Counted from the stretch's first letter, positions 17,485 to 26,290 are shown. The stretch is 33,153 nucleotides of DNA from an uncultured Gemmatimonadaceae bacterium (GCA_964626245.1 CAZVDJ010000001.1:1-33153), one strand, 5' to 3'. Notes: generated from the sequence alone by a model not told the origin. Numbers and translations are program-made.

Positions 17485-19062
17485 GTGAATCCGCACCTCG
17501 ACGTCTTGCGACGGGTGACCCGCGACATGGCGGCGATCCCGCGGCTCAACGTGCTGCTGGAGTCGATCGTGACGGCGCTGCACGAGCACACCGGCACGTC
17601 GGTGGCGCGCATCTGGCTGTACCGCACCGACGCCGAGTGCGAGGTGTGCCGCGCGAACCCGGAGGTGCGAGGGGCGGTGACGGACCAACGGGCCCTGCAC
17701 CTGGCGGCCTCGATCGCGCCTCCGGGCGGTCCGACGCGCATCCCCCATCGGGTCGAGCTGAGTGAATCCTCGATCCTGACGCGCGTGGCGCGCGATCGCG
17801 CGGCGCAGTTCACCAACGACATGTCGACGGTGGTGCGCGGCGATGACAACGAGATCCAACGGCGCAATCTCGCCACGCTCGGCATCGTGGCGATGGGTGG
17901 GCAACCGCTCGAGTTCCGAGGCGAACTGCTCGGGGTGATGGGGATGCTGTACGCCAGGCCGATCCAGCCCCTCGAGATCGACCTGCTGCGCATCTTTGCG
18001 GACCAGGCGGCCGCGGCGATCAAGAACGCGTACCTGTTCGAGGAGGTGGAGCAGATCCGGCAGCGGCTGGCCGACGAGAACGCCTATCTGCGCGACGAGG
18101 CGCACGGGCAGCAGGAGTTCCGCGAGATCGTGGGGGGAAGCCCGGCGCTGCACACGGTGCTGCGCAAGATCAAGCAGGTGGCCGAGGTGGAGACCACGGT
18201 GCTCCTGACGGGAGAGACGGGAACCGGCAAGGAGCTCGTCGCGCGAGCGATCCACAGCCGCAGCCCGCGGCGCGAGCGCGCGATGATCAAGATGAACTGC
18301 GGCGCGATTCCGGCGGGGGTGGTGGAGTCGGAGCTCTTCGGCCACGAAAAGGGAGCGTTCACCGGCGCCATGCAGCGGCGCATCGGGCGCTTCGAGCTGG
18401 CGGATCGCAGCACGCTCTTCATGGACGAGGTCGGCGAGCTGCCGCCCGACACGCAGGTCAAGCTGCTGCGCATCCTGCAGGAGCAGGAGTTCGAGCGGGT
18501 GGGCGGGGTGCGACCGGTGAAGGTGGACGTGCGACTGGTGGCCGCCACCAATCGCGACCTCGAACGGGAGGTGACGGAGGGACGGATGCGGGCCGACCTG
18601 TTCTACCGCCTGAACGTCTTTCCCATCCACATCCCCCCACTGCGCGACCGGCCGAGCGACATCCCGCTCCTGGTGCAGCACTTCCTGCGGCACTTCCAGC
18701 GCAAGCTGGGAAAGCCGCTGCGGGAGTTGTCCAGGCGCGGGATGCAGCAGCTGCAGGCATACTCCTGGCCCGGCAACATCCGTGAGCTGCAAAACGTGAT
18801 CGAGCGCGCGTGCGTCCTGTCGCGGGGGCCGGTGGTGGACATCGGCGACGCGCTGGTGGTGAGCGACCGGGAGGCGCCCATCGCGGTGTCGCACGAGCCG
18901 CTGGTCACGCTCGAGGAGCACGAGCGCCGGCATATCCGGCGGGCGCTGGCGCTGGTGAACGGGAAGATCCACGGCCCCGGCGGGGCCGCCGAGCTGCTGG
19001 GCGTGAACGCCAGCACGCTACGGTCGCGGATGGAGCGACTCGGCGTGACGCGGGACGGCTGA
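17485..19062 (+). CDS. Sigma-54-dependent transcriptional activator (EBP), GAF / AAA+ / Fis-type HTH (paralog 1)
   Basis: ORF 17293..19062. Walker A LLTGETGTGKE, sigma-54 contact loop ESELFGHEKGAFTGA, Walker B LFMDEVGEL, R-finger region ATNRDL...FRADLFYRLNVF, C-terminal HTH AAELLGVNASTLRSRMERLGV. I place the start at GTG 17485 because third-position GC is low between 17326 and about 17455 and high after it. ATG 17326 is the alternative start. Confidence 0.85.
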   Translation: MNPHLDVLRRVTRDMAAIPRLNVLLESIVTALHEHTGTSVARIWLYRTDAECEVCRANPEVRGAVTDQRALHLAASIAPPGGPTRIPHRVELSESSILTRVARDRAAQFTNDMSTVVRGDDNEIQRRNLATLGIVAMGGQPLEFRGELLGVMGMLYARPIQPLEIDLLRIFADQAAAAIKNAYLFEEVEQIRQRLADENAYLRDEAHGQQEFREIVGGSPALHTVLRKIKQVAEVETTVLLTGETGTGKELVARAIHSRSPRRERAMIKMNCGAIPAGVVESELFGHEKGAFTGAMQRRIGRFELADRSTLFMDEVGELPPDTQVKLLRILQEQEFERVGGVRPVKVDVRLVAATNRDLEREVTEGRMRADLFYRLNVFPIHIPPLRDRPSDIPLLVQHFLRHFQRKLGKPLRELSRRGMQQLQAYSWPGNIRELQNVIERACVLSRGPVVDIGDALVVSDREAPIAVSHEPLVTLEEHERRHIRRALALVNGKIHGPGGAAELLGVNASTLRSRMERLGVTRDG

Positions 19063-19065
19063 TCG

Positions 19066-20715
19066 ATGACCTCCCCCGTCGATCCCCACGACGTGATGCC
19101 GCTTCCCGCGGCGCGCCTGGAGGTGCAGGTGGAGCTCCTGCGGCGCGTCACGCGCCACATGACGACTGCCGAGGACTTCGCGACGGTGCTGCAGTCGATT
19201 GCCGACGCCCTGGTGGCACAGGCCGGGGCGGTCGTGGCCCACATCTACCTGTACCTCGACGACGACGAGTGCCCGGTGTGCCGCACGCGGGCCCGGGAGG
19301 GACCGGCGGCCGGCGGCGCGCGGGGCGTCACGGGGCGCGACCTCCATCTCGTGACGATGAGCGGGGCACATTTTGCGCCTGACGGATCACGCCATCTCGT
19401 CCCTCATGCGCTGGACACACCGGCCGCGCGCATGATCCACTCCCCTGTTCCCGTGAGCAGGGACGACTTCGTCGACGACCCCGAGTGGCGCGCGGGCGAT
19501 CCCCGCTTCGCCGAGATCATGCGGCGCCTCGAAGTCCGCGGCACGATCTGCTATCCGCTGGTGCACCGGGGGGAACGACTGGGTGCACTCGGCTACCTCT
19601 CGCGCAGCCCCATCGACCCGGTCGTCTTCGAGTTGCTGGGGATCTTCGCCGACCAGGCGGCCATGGTCATTCGCAGCGCGCAGCTCTTTCGCGAAGTGGC
19701 GACGCACCGCGAGCGGCTGCAGTCGGAGAACGCATACCTGGAGGATGAGATCCGGAGCGACGCCAACTTCACGCACATCGTGGGGACGAGCACCGCGCTG
19801 CAGGGGGTCCTGCGCAAGGTGCGGCAGGTGGCCCCGGTGGAGACGACGGTACTGCTCACCGGCGAGACGGGGACGGGGAAGGAACTGATTGCGCGCGCCA
19901 TTCACGACGCGAGCCCGCGCAAGGATCGCCCGCTGATCAAGATCAACTGCGGCGCAATTCCGCAGGGAGTGGTGGAGAGCGAGCTCTTCGGCCATGAACG
20001 CGGGGCGTTCACTGGCGCGATGCAACAGCGCATTGGGCGATTCGAACTGGCGCACCAGGGCACGCTCTTCATGGACGAGGTGGGCGAACTTCCGCTCGAG
20101 ACGCAGGTCAAGCTGTTGCGCGTCCTGCAGGAGCGGGAATTCGAGCGGGTGGGGGGCACCAAGCCCATCGCCGTCGACGTACGGCTGATCGCGGCCACCA
20201 ACCGCGACCTGGAAGCCGAAGTGGCCGCCGGACGCTTTCGTGCGGACCTGTTCTATAGACTGAACGTCTTTCGCATCCGGATTCCCCCGTTGCGCGAGCG
20301 TCCCGACGACATCCCGCCGCTGGTGCAGCACCTCCTGGCGCAGCTGCAGCGCAAGCTGGCCAAGCCGCTCAAGGGGGTAAGCGAGGAGACGATGGCGCAG
20401 CTTCGGCGGTATCCCTGGCCCGGGAACATCCGCGAGCTGCAGAACGTGCTGGAACGCGCCGCGGTCCTCGCCACCGGGCCGATCGTGGCGTTGCACGATC
20501 CGCTGCGCCCAACCGCGATGGCGGGAAGTGCGGCATCGGGCGAGGTGACGATCTCCACGCTCGAGGACGGCGAGCGCGAACACATCCGCCGTGCGCTGAA
20601 GGAGAGCGGCGGCAAGGTGCACGGCCCGGGCGGGGCCGCCGAGATGCTGGGCATCAACCCCAGCACGCTGCGCTCGCGCATGCAGAAGCTCGCGATCGAC
20701 GCTCGAGGGAGTTAG
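19066..20715 (+). CDS. Sigma-54-dependent transcriptional activator (EBP), GAF / AAA+ / Fis-type HTH (paralog 2)
   Basis: ORF track 549 aa. LLTGETGTGKE, ESELFGHERGAFTGA, LFMDEVGEL, HTH AAEMLGINPSTLRSRMQKLAI. The ATG lies 3 nt after the paralog-1 stop. The AAA+ core is roughly three-quarters identical to paralog 1 by eye. Confidence 0.9.
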   Translation: MTSPVDPHDVMPLPAARLEVQVELLRRVTRHMTTAEDFATVLQSIADALVAQAGAVVAHIYLYLDDDECPVCRTRAREGPAAGGARGVTGRDLHLVTMSGAHFAPDGSRHLVPHALDTPAARMIHSPVPVSRDDFVDDPEWRAGDPRFAEIMRRLEVRGTICYPLVHRGERLGALGYLSRSPIDPVVFELLGIFADQAAMVIRSAQLFREVATHRERLQSENAYLEDEIRSDANFTHIVGTSTALQGVLRKVRQVAPVETTVLLTGETGTGKELIARAIHDASPRKDRPLIKINCGAIPQGVVESELFGHERGAFTGAMQQRIGRFELAHQGTLFMDEVGELPLETQVKLLRVLQEREFERVGGTKPIAVDVRLIAATNRDLEAEVAAGRFRADLFYRLNVFRIRIPPLRERPDDIPPLVQHLLAQLQRKLAKPLKGVSEETMAQLRRYPWPGNIRELQNVLERAAVLATGPIVALHDPLRPTAMAGSAASGEVTISTLEDGEREHIRRALKESGGKVHGPGGAAEMLGINPSTLRSRMQKLAIDARGS

Positions 20716-20765
20716 GCCGCGCCCAACGCGCGGGGGCGTGCGCCAACCCACGGCGCCGTCGTCGC

Positions 20766-20803
20766 GGCAACACTCGCGACATCTCGCGACGGTCGTGGAA
20801 TCC
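20766..20803 (+). promoter_or_regulatory. Candidate upstream activator sequence (UAS) for the first sigma-54 promoter
   Basis: ggcaacacTCGCGAcatcTCGCGAcggtcgtggaatcc. Two TCGCGA hexamers lie 10 bp apart (20774-20779, 20784-20789). The block starts 142 bp upstream of TGGCA at 20908. It aligns at roughly 80% identity by eye with 26411-26446, which lies 139 bp upstream of the second sigma-54 promoter. Confidence 0.45.
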
Positions 20804-20907
20804 CGCGAAGCCGACGGGTCGCACCAGGCGCCGTCGTGACACGGGCCGACCACGCATCTACAGCCGCCGCCGTGACTTGCAGCGCACCCCGGTGCCTGAC
20901 CGGCGGG

Positions 20908-20923
20908 TGGCAATCCGGTTGCA
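20908..20923 (+). promoter_or_regulatory. Sigma-54 (-24/-12) promoter TGGCAA-TCCGG-TTGCA
   Basis: Read directly. GG and GC are separated by exactly 10 nt. It is intergenic, on the same strand as the adaptor gene, with its 3' end 85 nt upstream of the adaptor ATG (21009), directly downstream of two EBP genes. Confidence 0.65.
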
Positions 20924-21008
20924 TTGGGCTGGATGCGCCGGCAAGCGGGACCCTCGCGTCACCGCGACAACGGCCCAACGACAGTCCTCACGCGTCCAGA
21001 CCACTTCC

Positions 21009-22025
21009 ATGACAAAGACCCATCGCATTCTCATTGCGGCCACCACGCTCACCCTCGTCGGTGCCTTCGTGGCCCATCGCACGCTCGCCGCGGCCGATGG
21101 TGCCGACGTGATCACTGCCTCCGGTACGGTCGAGGCCACACAAGCAGAGCTCGGCTTCCAGCTCGCCGGGCGGCTGGAGCTCCTGACGGTCCGCGAAGGC
21201 GACGCCGTGACGGCGGGGACCGAACTTGCGCTGCTCGAGCGCGACGAGCTGCTGGCGCAGAAGGCCGCGGCCGAGGCGCAGCGGGCGGGCGCCGAGGCGG
21301 TGCTGCGGGAGCTGATCGCCGGCAGTCGCCGCGAGGAGATCGCGCAAGCCCGCGCCGCTCTCTCCGTGGCCACCGAGCGACGTGACGCGGCGCGACGCGA
21401 CGTGGAGCGGCTGCGGCCACTGGCCGACCAGTCGCTGGTGAGTCGCCAGGCCTTCGATCGCCAGGGCACGGCGCTCAGCGTCGCCGATGGCGAGGTGGCA
21501 CAGGCCAACGAACAGTTGCAGCTCCTGCAAAACGGCCCGCGCGCCGAGCGCATCGCGGCGCAGCGCGCGGCCACGGCGCAGGCCGCGGCGACGATCGACC
21601 GCATCGACGCCATGCTCGACCAGACGCGCCTCGAGGCGCCGATGAACGGGGTGGTCACGGTGCGGCATCGCGAGCCCGGTGAGACGCTGTCCCCGGGCAT
21701 GCCCGTGCTCACCATTCGCGACCTGGGCGACCGCTGGGTGCGCCTCTACGTCCCCGGCGACCAGGTGGGCCGGCTGCAGCTTGGGCAGCGCGCGACGATC
21801 ACTGCCGACGCCAATCCCGAGCTCATGTACACGGGGGAGGTGTCGTACATCGCCAGCGAGGCCGAGTTCACGCCACGCAACGTGCAGACGACGAAGGACC
21901 GCGTGAAGCTCGTGTACGAGGTGCGGGTCCGCATCACCAACGACGCTGCGATCGACCTCAAGCCCGGGCTCCCGGCCGACGTGCGCTTCACGGTCGCCCC
22001 CTCGCAGGGACGAGGTGCCACATGA
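21009..22025 (+). CDS. HlyD-family periplasmic adaptor (YbhG-like) of an ABC-2 efflux system
   Basis: ORF 20877..22025 trimmed to ATG 21009 (MTKTHRILIAATTLTLVGAFVAH...), 338 aa. N-terminal TM anchor, long coiled coil, C-terminal SYIASEAEFTPRNVQTTKDRVKLVYEVRVRI...LKPGLPADVRF typical of YbhG-type adaptors. Confidence 0.85.
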   Translation: MTKTHRILIAATTLTLVGAFVAHRTLAAADGADVITASGTVEATQAELGFQLAGRLELLTVREGDAVTAGTELALLERDELLAQKAAAEAQRAGAEAVLRELIAGSRREEIAQARAALSVATERRDAARRDVERLRPLADQSLVSRQAFDRQGTALSVADGEVAQANEQLQLLQNGPRAERIAAQRAATAQAAATIDRIDAMLDQTRLEAPMNGVVTVRHREPGETLSPGMPVLTIRDLGDRWVRLYVPGDQVGRLQLGQRATITADANPELMYTGEVSYIASEAEFTPRNVQTTKDRVKLVYEVRVRITNDAAIDLKPGLPADVRFTVAPSQGRGAT

Positions 22026-23017
22026 CCCACCCGCCTCCCGCCTCCCCGCCAGGCGCCGCGATCCGCGTGCAGGCGCTGACCAAGCGCTACGGTGCCCTCA
22101 CGGCGCTGGACACCCTGTCGCTGGAGGTGCGCAGCGGCGAGCTGTTCGGGATCGTTGGTCCCGACGGCAGTGGCAAGACCACCGTGCTGCGCATCCTGGC
22201 CGGCGTGCTGCGCCCGGAGGGTGGCGATGCCGTCGTCGCCGGCACCTCGGTCACGTCGGACCCGGAGGGGGTCAAGCACCGCATTGCCTACATGGCACAG
22301 CGCTTCGGGCTGTACGGCGACCTGTCGGTGCGCGAGAACATCGACTTCTACGCCGACCTGTACGGTGTGCCACGCGCCGTGCGCCCGGCGCGACTGGAGC
22401 GCCTGTTCGCCTTCTCCAACCTCGGCGCGTTCCAGCAACGGCTGGCGGGAAACCTGTCGGGCGGCATGAAGCAGAAGCTCTCGCTCTGTTGCGCCCTCAT
22501 CCATGAGCCCGAGGTGTTGCTGCTGGACGAGCCGACGTTCGGGGTGGATCCCATCTCGCGGCGCGAGCTCTGGCTCATCGTGCACGAGATGGTGGCCCGG
22601 GGGACGACGGCCGTGGTGTCGACGGCCTACCTGGACGAAGCGGAACGGTGCGACCGCGTGGCGTTGCTGAACCACGGCCGGCTGGCGGCGCTGGATACGC
22701 CGGCGGCGCTGCAGGCCAGGCTGGCGGGGCGATCGATCGCCATCGCATGCAACGCCCCGCGTCGCGCGGCTGCCCAGCTGCAAGGCATGGCTGGCGTGCG
22801 GAGCGCGGCGCTATACGGGCGCTCGCTGCACGTGACGCTCGAACAGCCACAGCTGGGCGAACAGGTCCTGGCGCATCTCCGTTCGGCGGGGATCGAGATC
22901 CAGTCGTCCCGGGCCTTCGACCCCTCGCTGGAAGATGTCTTCATCGAACTGTCGGCTACCGACGGCAGCACGCGCGGCAGTCACGACGCCACCCAGGGTT
23001 CTCTCCATGCCGCCTGA
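22022..23017 (+). CDS. ABC transporter ATP-binding protein (canonical motifs)
   Basis: ORF track 331 aa. Walker A GPDGSGKTT, signature LSGGMKQKL, Walker B LLLDEPTFGVD, H-loop STAYLDE. The ATG overlaps the adaptor stop (ATGA). Confidence 0.9.
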   Translation: MTHPPPASPPGAAIRVQALTKRYGALTALDTLSLEVRSGELFGIVGPDGSGKTTVLRILAGVLRPEGGDAVVAGTSVTSDPEGVKHRIAYMAQRFGLYGDLSVRENIDFYADLYGVPRAVRPARLERLFAFSNLGAFQQRLAGNLSGGMKQKLSLCCALIHEPEVLLLDEPTFGVDPISRRELWLIVHEMVARGTTAVVSTAYLDEAERCDRVALLNHGRLAALDTPAALQARLAGRSIAIACNAPRRAAAQLQGMAGVRSAALYGRSLHVTLEQPQLGEQVLAHLRSAGIEIQSSRAFDPSLEDVFIELSATDGSTRGSHDATQGSLHAA

Positions 23018-23960
23018 TCTCATGCCCGATGCCGTCACGGTGGACGGCCTGACCCGGCGCTACGGCGCCTTCACCGCGGTGGACGCCGTGAGCTTCTCCG
23101 TGCGTCCGGGCGAGGTGTTCGGATTCCTTGGCCCCAACGGGGCGGGGAAGACCACCACCATCAAGATGCTGACCGGGCTCGTGCGCCCCAGCGCCGGCCG
23201 CGGCAGCGTGGCCGGCTACGACGTGGTCACCAGCGGCGGGCGCATCAAGCACGTGATCGGATACATGTCGCAGCTGTTCTCGCTGTACCACGACCTCACG
23301 GTCGACGAGAACATCGACTTCGCGGCGGGGATGCACGGCGTGACGGGCACTCGCCTCGAGCGCCGCCGCGAGTGGGTGCTGTCGATGGCGCGCCTGCACG
23401 AGCATCGTGATCGCCCAACCGCCGCGCTGCCGCTGGGATGGAAGCAACGCCTGGCGCTGGGGTGTGCGGTGTTGCACGAACCCCGGGTGCTCTTTCTCGA
23501 CGAGCCGACCTCGGGGGTGGACCCGCTGGCCCGGCGCGCCTTCTGGGACGTGATCCACGAGCTGGCGCAGGGAGGGACCACGGTATTCGTGAGCACGCAC
23601 TACATGGAAGAAGCGGAGTACTGCGACCGGTTGGCGCTGATGAACCGTGGGCGCCTGATCGCGCTGGGCACCCCCGACACGTTGCGCGACGGCATGCCGG
23701 AGCCGGTGCTGCGGGTGGAGGTGAGCGACGCGCCACGTGCGGTGGCGGCGCTGGCCGGCGCCGACGGCGTGCTCGATGCCTCGCTCTTCGGCCGGGTGGT
23801 GCGGGTGATCGTGGCCGAAGCGTCGGTGGCCCGGGAGGCGGTGCGCCGCACCCTCGAAGGGGCGGGGCTTTCCTGTCTCGCCATTCAGCAGGTCGAACCC
23901 TCACTCGAGGACGTCTTCGTCTCGCACGTGCGGAATGCGGGGGGAGCGGTCATCTCATGA
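23007..23960 (+). CDS. ABC transporter ATP-binding protein (degenerate signature motif)
   Basis: ORF 22935..23960 trimmed to ATG 23007 (MPPDLMPDAVTVDGLTRRYG...); ATG 23022 is the alternative start. Walker A GPNGAGKTT, Walker B LFLDEPTSGVD, H-loop STHYMEE. The signature position reads LPLGWKQRL instead of LSGGQ. Confidence 0.9.
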   Translation: MPPDLMPDAVTVDGLTRRYGAFTAVDAVSFSVRPGEVFGFLGPNGAGKTTTIKMLTGLVRPSAGRGSVAGYDVVTSGGRIKHVIGYMSQLFSLYHDLTVDENIDFAAGMHGVTGTRLERRREWVLSMARLHEHRDRPTAALPLGWKQRLALGCAVLHEPRVLFLDEPTSGVDPLARRAFWDVIHELAQGGTTVFVSTHYMEEAEYCDRLALMNRGRLIALGTPDTLRDGMPEPVLRVEVSDAPRAVAALAGADGVLDASLFGRVVRVIVAEASVAREAVRRTLEGAGLSCLAIQQVEPSLEDVFVSHVRNAGGAVIS

Positions 23961-25108
23961 ATGCCACGAGTCACGGTGCGCTCCCGCGCACGTTCAGCGC
24001 GTCTCGGTTGTGGGCGATGGCGCGCAAGGAAGCGCTGCAGCTGCGGCGGGACGCGCGCAGCCTCGCGCTCGCCTTCGCCCTGCCGCTCCTGATGCTCATC
24101 CTGTTTGGCTACGCGATCACCACCGACGTCACCAACATCCAGGCGGCGGTGGTGGACCGCGACCACACGGCGGAGAGCCGCCGGTTCGTCGAGGCGTTCG
24201 CCCGGTCGGGCTACTTCACCTTCGTCGAGTCGCCGGCCAGCGAGGGGGCGCTCGACGGACTGATCGACAAGGGAAGGGTGCGGGTGGGGCTGGTGATCCC
24301 CGAGCGCTTCGCCGCCGAGTTGGCGGCGGGGCGGACGGCGCCGGTGGAACTGCGCCTGGATGGGAGCGACGCCAAGACGGCGACGGTGGCACGCGGCTAC
24401 GCGGATGCCATCGCCCGCACCTTCTCGCAGCAGACGGTTCTCCAGCTGCAACGTGCCACCCCTCCCCTCACGGCCCAGTCGCGCGTGTGGTACAACGAAA
24501 CGCTCGACTCCGCGTCGATGATCGTGCCGGGCCTGATTGCCGTGATCATGTCGATCATCGCCGCGATGCTCACCTCGCTCACGGTGGCACGCGAGTGGGA
24601 GCGGGGGACGATGGAACAGCTCGCGGCCACGCCGGTGAGCCGCAGCGAAGTGGTGCTCGGCAAGCTCGTCCCCTACCTGGCGATCGGCATCCTCGACGTG
24701 GCGGTCGCCCTGGTGGTGGCAGTGAGCATCTTCGACGTGCCGTTCCGGGGGAGCCTGCCCTTGTTCGCACTGTCGTCGGCGCTGTTCCTGGTTGGGGTGC
24801 TGGGGCTCGGGATCTTCATCTCGTCGGCGTTCAAGTCCCAGCTCCTGGCCACGCAGGCGGCGCTCTTCGCCACGTACATGCCCGCGCTGCTCTTCTCCGG
24901 CTTCATGTACACCATCAGCAACATGCCCGTGGCGCTGCAGTGGGTGTCGCGGGTGGTGCCGGCGCGCTACTTCGTCTCCATCTCGCGCGGGCTCTTCCTC
25001 AAGGGGGTCGGCACCGAGGTGCTGTGGCCGGCCCTGCTGGGGCTCACCCTTTACGCCGGGGCGATGCTGACCCTCGGCATCACGAAGTTCAAGAAGGAGC
25101 TGGCCTGA
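23957..25108 (+). CDS. ABC-2 type transporter permease (YbhS/YbhR-like)
   Basis: ORF 23438..25108 trimmed to ATG 23957 (MNATSHGALPRTFSASRLWAMARKEALQLRRDARSLALAFALPLLMLILFGYA...), 383 aa. N-terminal TM, large extracytoplasmic loop, C-terminal 5-TM ABC-2 core. The ATG overlaps the preceding stop (ATGA). Confidence 0.85.
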   Translation: MNATSHGALPRTFSASRLWAMARKEALQLRRDARSLALAFALPLLMLILFGYAITTDVTNIQAAVVDRDHTAESRRFVEAFARSGYFTFVESPASEGALDGLIDKGRVRVGLVIPERFAAELAAGRTAPVELRLDGSDAKTATVARGYADAIARTFSQQTVLQLQRATPPLTAQSRVWYNETLDSASMIVPGLIAVIMSIIAAMLTSLTVAREWERGTMEQLAATPVSRSEVVLGKLVPYLAIGILDVAVALVVAVSIFDVPFRGSLPLFALSSALFLVGVLGLGIFISSAFKSQLLATQAALFATYMPALLFSGFMYTISNMPVALQWVSRVVPARYFVSISRGLFLKGVGTEVLWPALLGLTLYAGAMLTLGITKFKKELA

Positions 25109-26244
25109 TGCACGCGACCGCGCATGCACCGCCGGACCGCTTCTCCTGGTCCCGGCTCTGGCACATGGTGCGAAAGGAACTGAAGCAGATGTGGCGCGAT
25201 CCCAAGGCGCGCCCCCTGCTCTTCATCTCCCCGATCTTCCAGATGTTCCTGATGGGCTATGCCGCAACGACGGACGTGAACGACATCACGACGATCGTGG
25301 CCGACCACGACCGCACCATGGAGTCGCGGGCGCTGGTGGCGGCCTACGAAGCAACGGGCTACTTCACGGTGGTGCGGCACACGGACCGCGCGGGAGACGT
25401 GACGGCCGCGCTGAACACGGGCGAGGCGATCGTGGGACTCACCATCCCGCCAGGCTTCTCGCGAGACCTGGCGTCCGGTCGCGCCATCGTACAGGCGGTG
25501 ATCGACGGTGCCGACGCCAGCCAGGCGACGGTGGCGCAGTCGTACGCCAACCAGATCGCCACCGAGTTCGGGGCGAAGCTGACCGGGCGACGCCTCGGCG
25601 GGGGCGTTGAGCTCCGCTCGCGCGCCTGGTTCAACCCGAGCTTCGAGAGCCGGTTCTTCAATGTGCCGGCCATCATGGGCGTTCAGATCTTCATGATCGG
25701 ACTGCTGCTCACCGCACTTGGTGTGGTGCGCGAGCGGGAAATCGGCACGCTGGACCAGCTGATGGTGAGCCCGATCCTCCCCGCCGAGTTCATGCTGGGC
25801 AAGACCATCCCGGTGCTGGGACTGGGGCTGCTCCACCTGGTGATCTACACGGTGATGACGGTTTGGCAGTTCGGGGTCCCGTTGACGGGGTCCTTTGCCT
25901 CGCTGGCCCTGGCGACATTCCTCTACACCCTGGCCGGGTTGGCCATCGGGCTCCTGATCTCGACCGTTTCGCGCACGCAGCAGGAGGCGTTCATGCTGCT
26001 GATCCTCTTCTTCCTCCCCGCCGTCATGCTCTCGGGCTTCGTGTCGCCGGTGGAGAGCATGCCCCTGGCGTTCCAGTGGCTCACCGTGCTCAACCCGGTG
26101 CGCTACTTCCTCGAGATCGTGCGCGGCGTCTTCCTCAAGGGGATCGGCCTGGGTGTGCTCTGGCCGCAGTACCTGATCCTGACGGTCATGGCAGTCGTCA
26201 CCCTTCAGTTTGCCACGCACCGGCTCAAGCGCCTGGTGGCCTGA
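25108..26244 (+). CDS. ABC-2 type transporter permease (YbhS/YbhR-like), paralog of the preceding gene
   Basis: ORF 23935..26244 trimmed to ATG 25108 (MHATAHAPPDRFSWSRLWHMVRKELKQMWRDPKARPLLFISPIFQMFLMGYA...), 378 aa. Same architecture as the preceding gene. 1-nt overlap with the preceding stop (TGATG). Confidence 0.85.
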   Translation: MHATAHAPPDRFSWSRLWHMVRKELKQMWRDPKARPLLFISPIFQMFLMGYAATTDVNDITTIVADHDRTMESRALVAAYEATGYFTVVRHTDRAGDVTAALNTGEAIVGLTIPPGFSRDLASGRAIVQAVIDGADASQATVAQSYANQIATEFGAKLTGRRLGGGVELRSRAWFNPSFESRFFNVPAIMGVQIFMIGLLLTALGVVREREIGTLDQLMVSPILPAEFMLGKTIPVLGLGLLHLVIYTVMTVWQFGVPLTGSFASLALATFLYTLAGLAIGLLISTVSRTQQEAFMLLILFFLPAVMLSGFVSPVESMPLAFQWLTVLNPVRYFLEIVRGVFLKGIGLGVLWPQYLILTVMAVVTLQFATHRLKRLVA

Positions 26245-26249
26245 CCCTA

Positions 26250-26290
26250 CCGCACCACCGCACCACCGCACCACCGCACCACCGCACGAC
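26250..26290. repeat. Octamer tandem repeat (ccgcacca x4 plus one imperfect copy), starting 6 nt after the permease stop
   Basis: Read directly and indexed by codon arithmetic from an overlapping ORF. Confidence 0.9.

Noticed and set aside
20717-20733. Short hairpin ccgcgc-ccaac-gcgcgg just after the second EBP stop, considered as a terminator.
   Set aside because: It has only a 6-bp stem and no T-tract. Such GC hairpins arise frequently by chance in this composition, so it is not reported as a feature.
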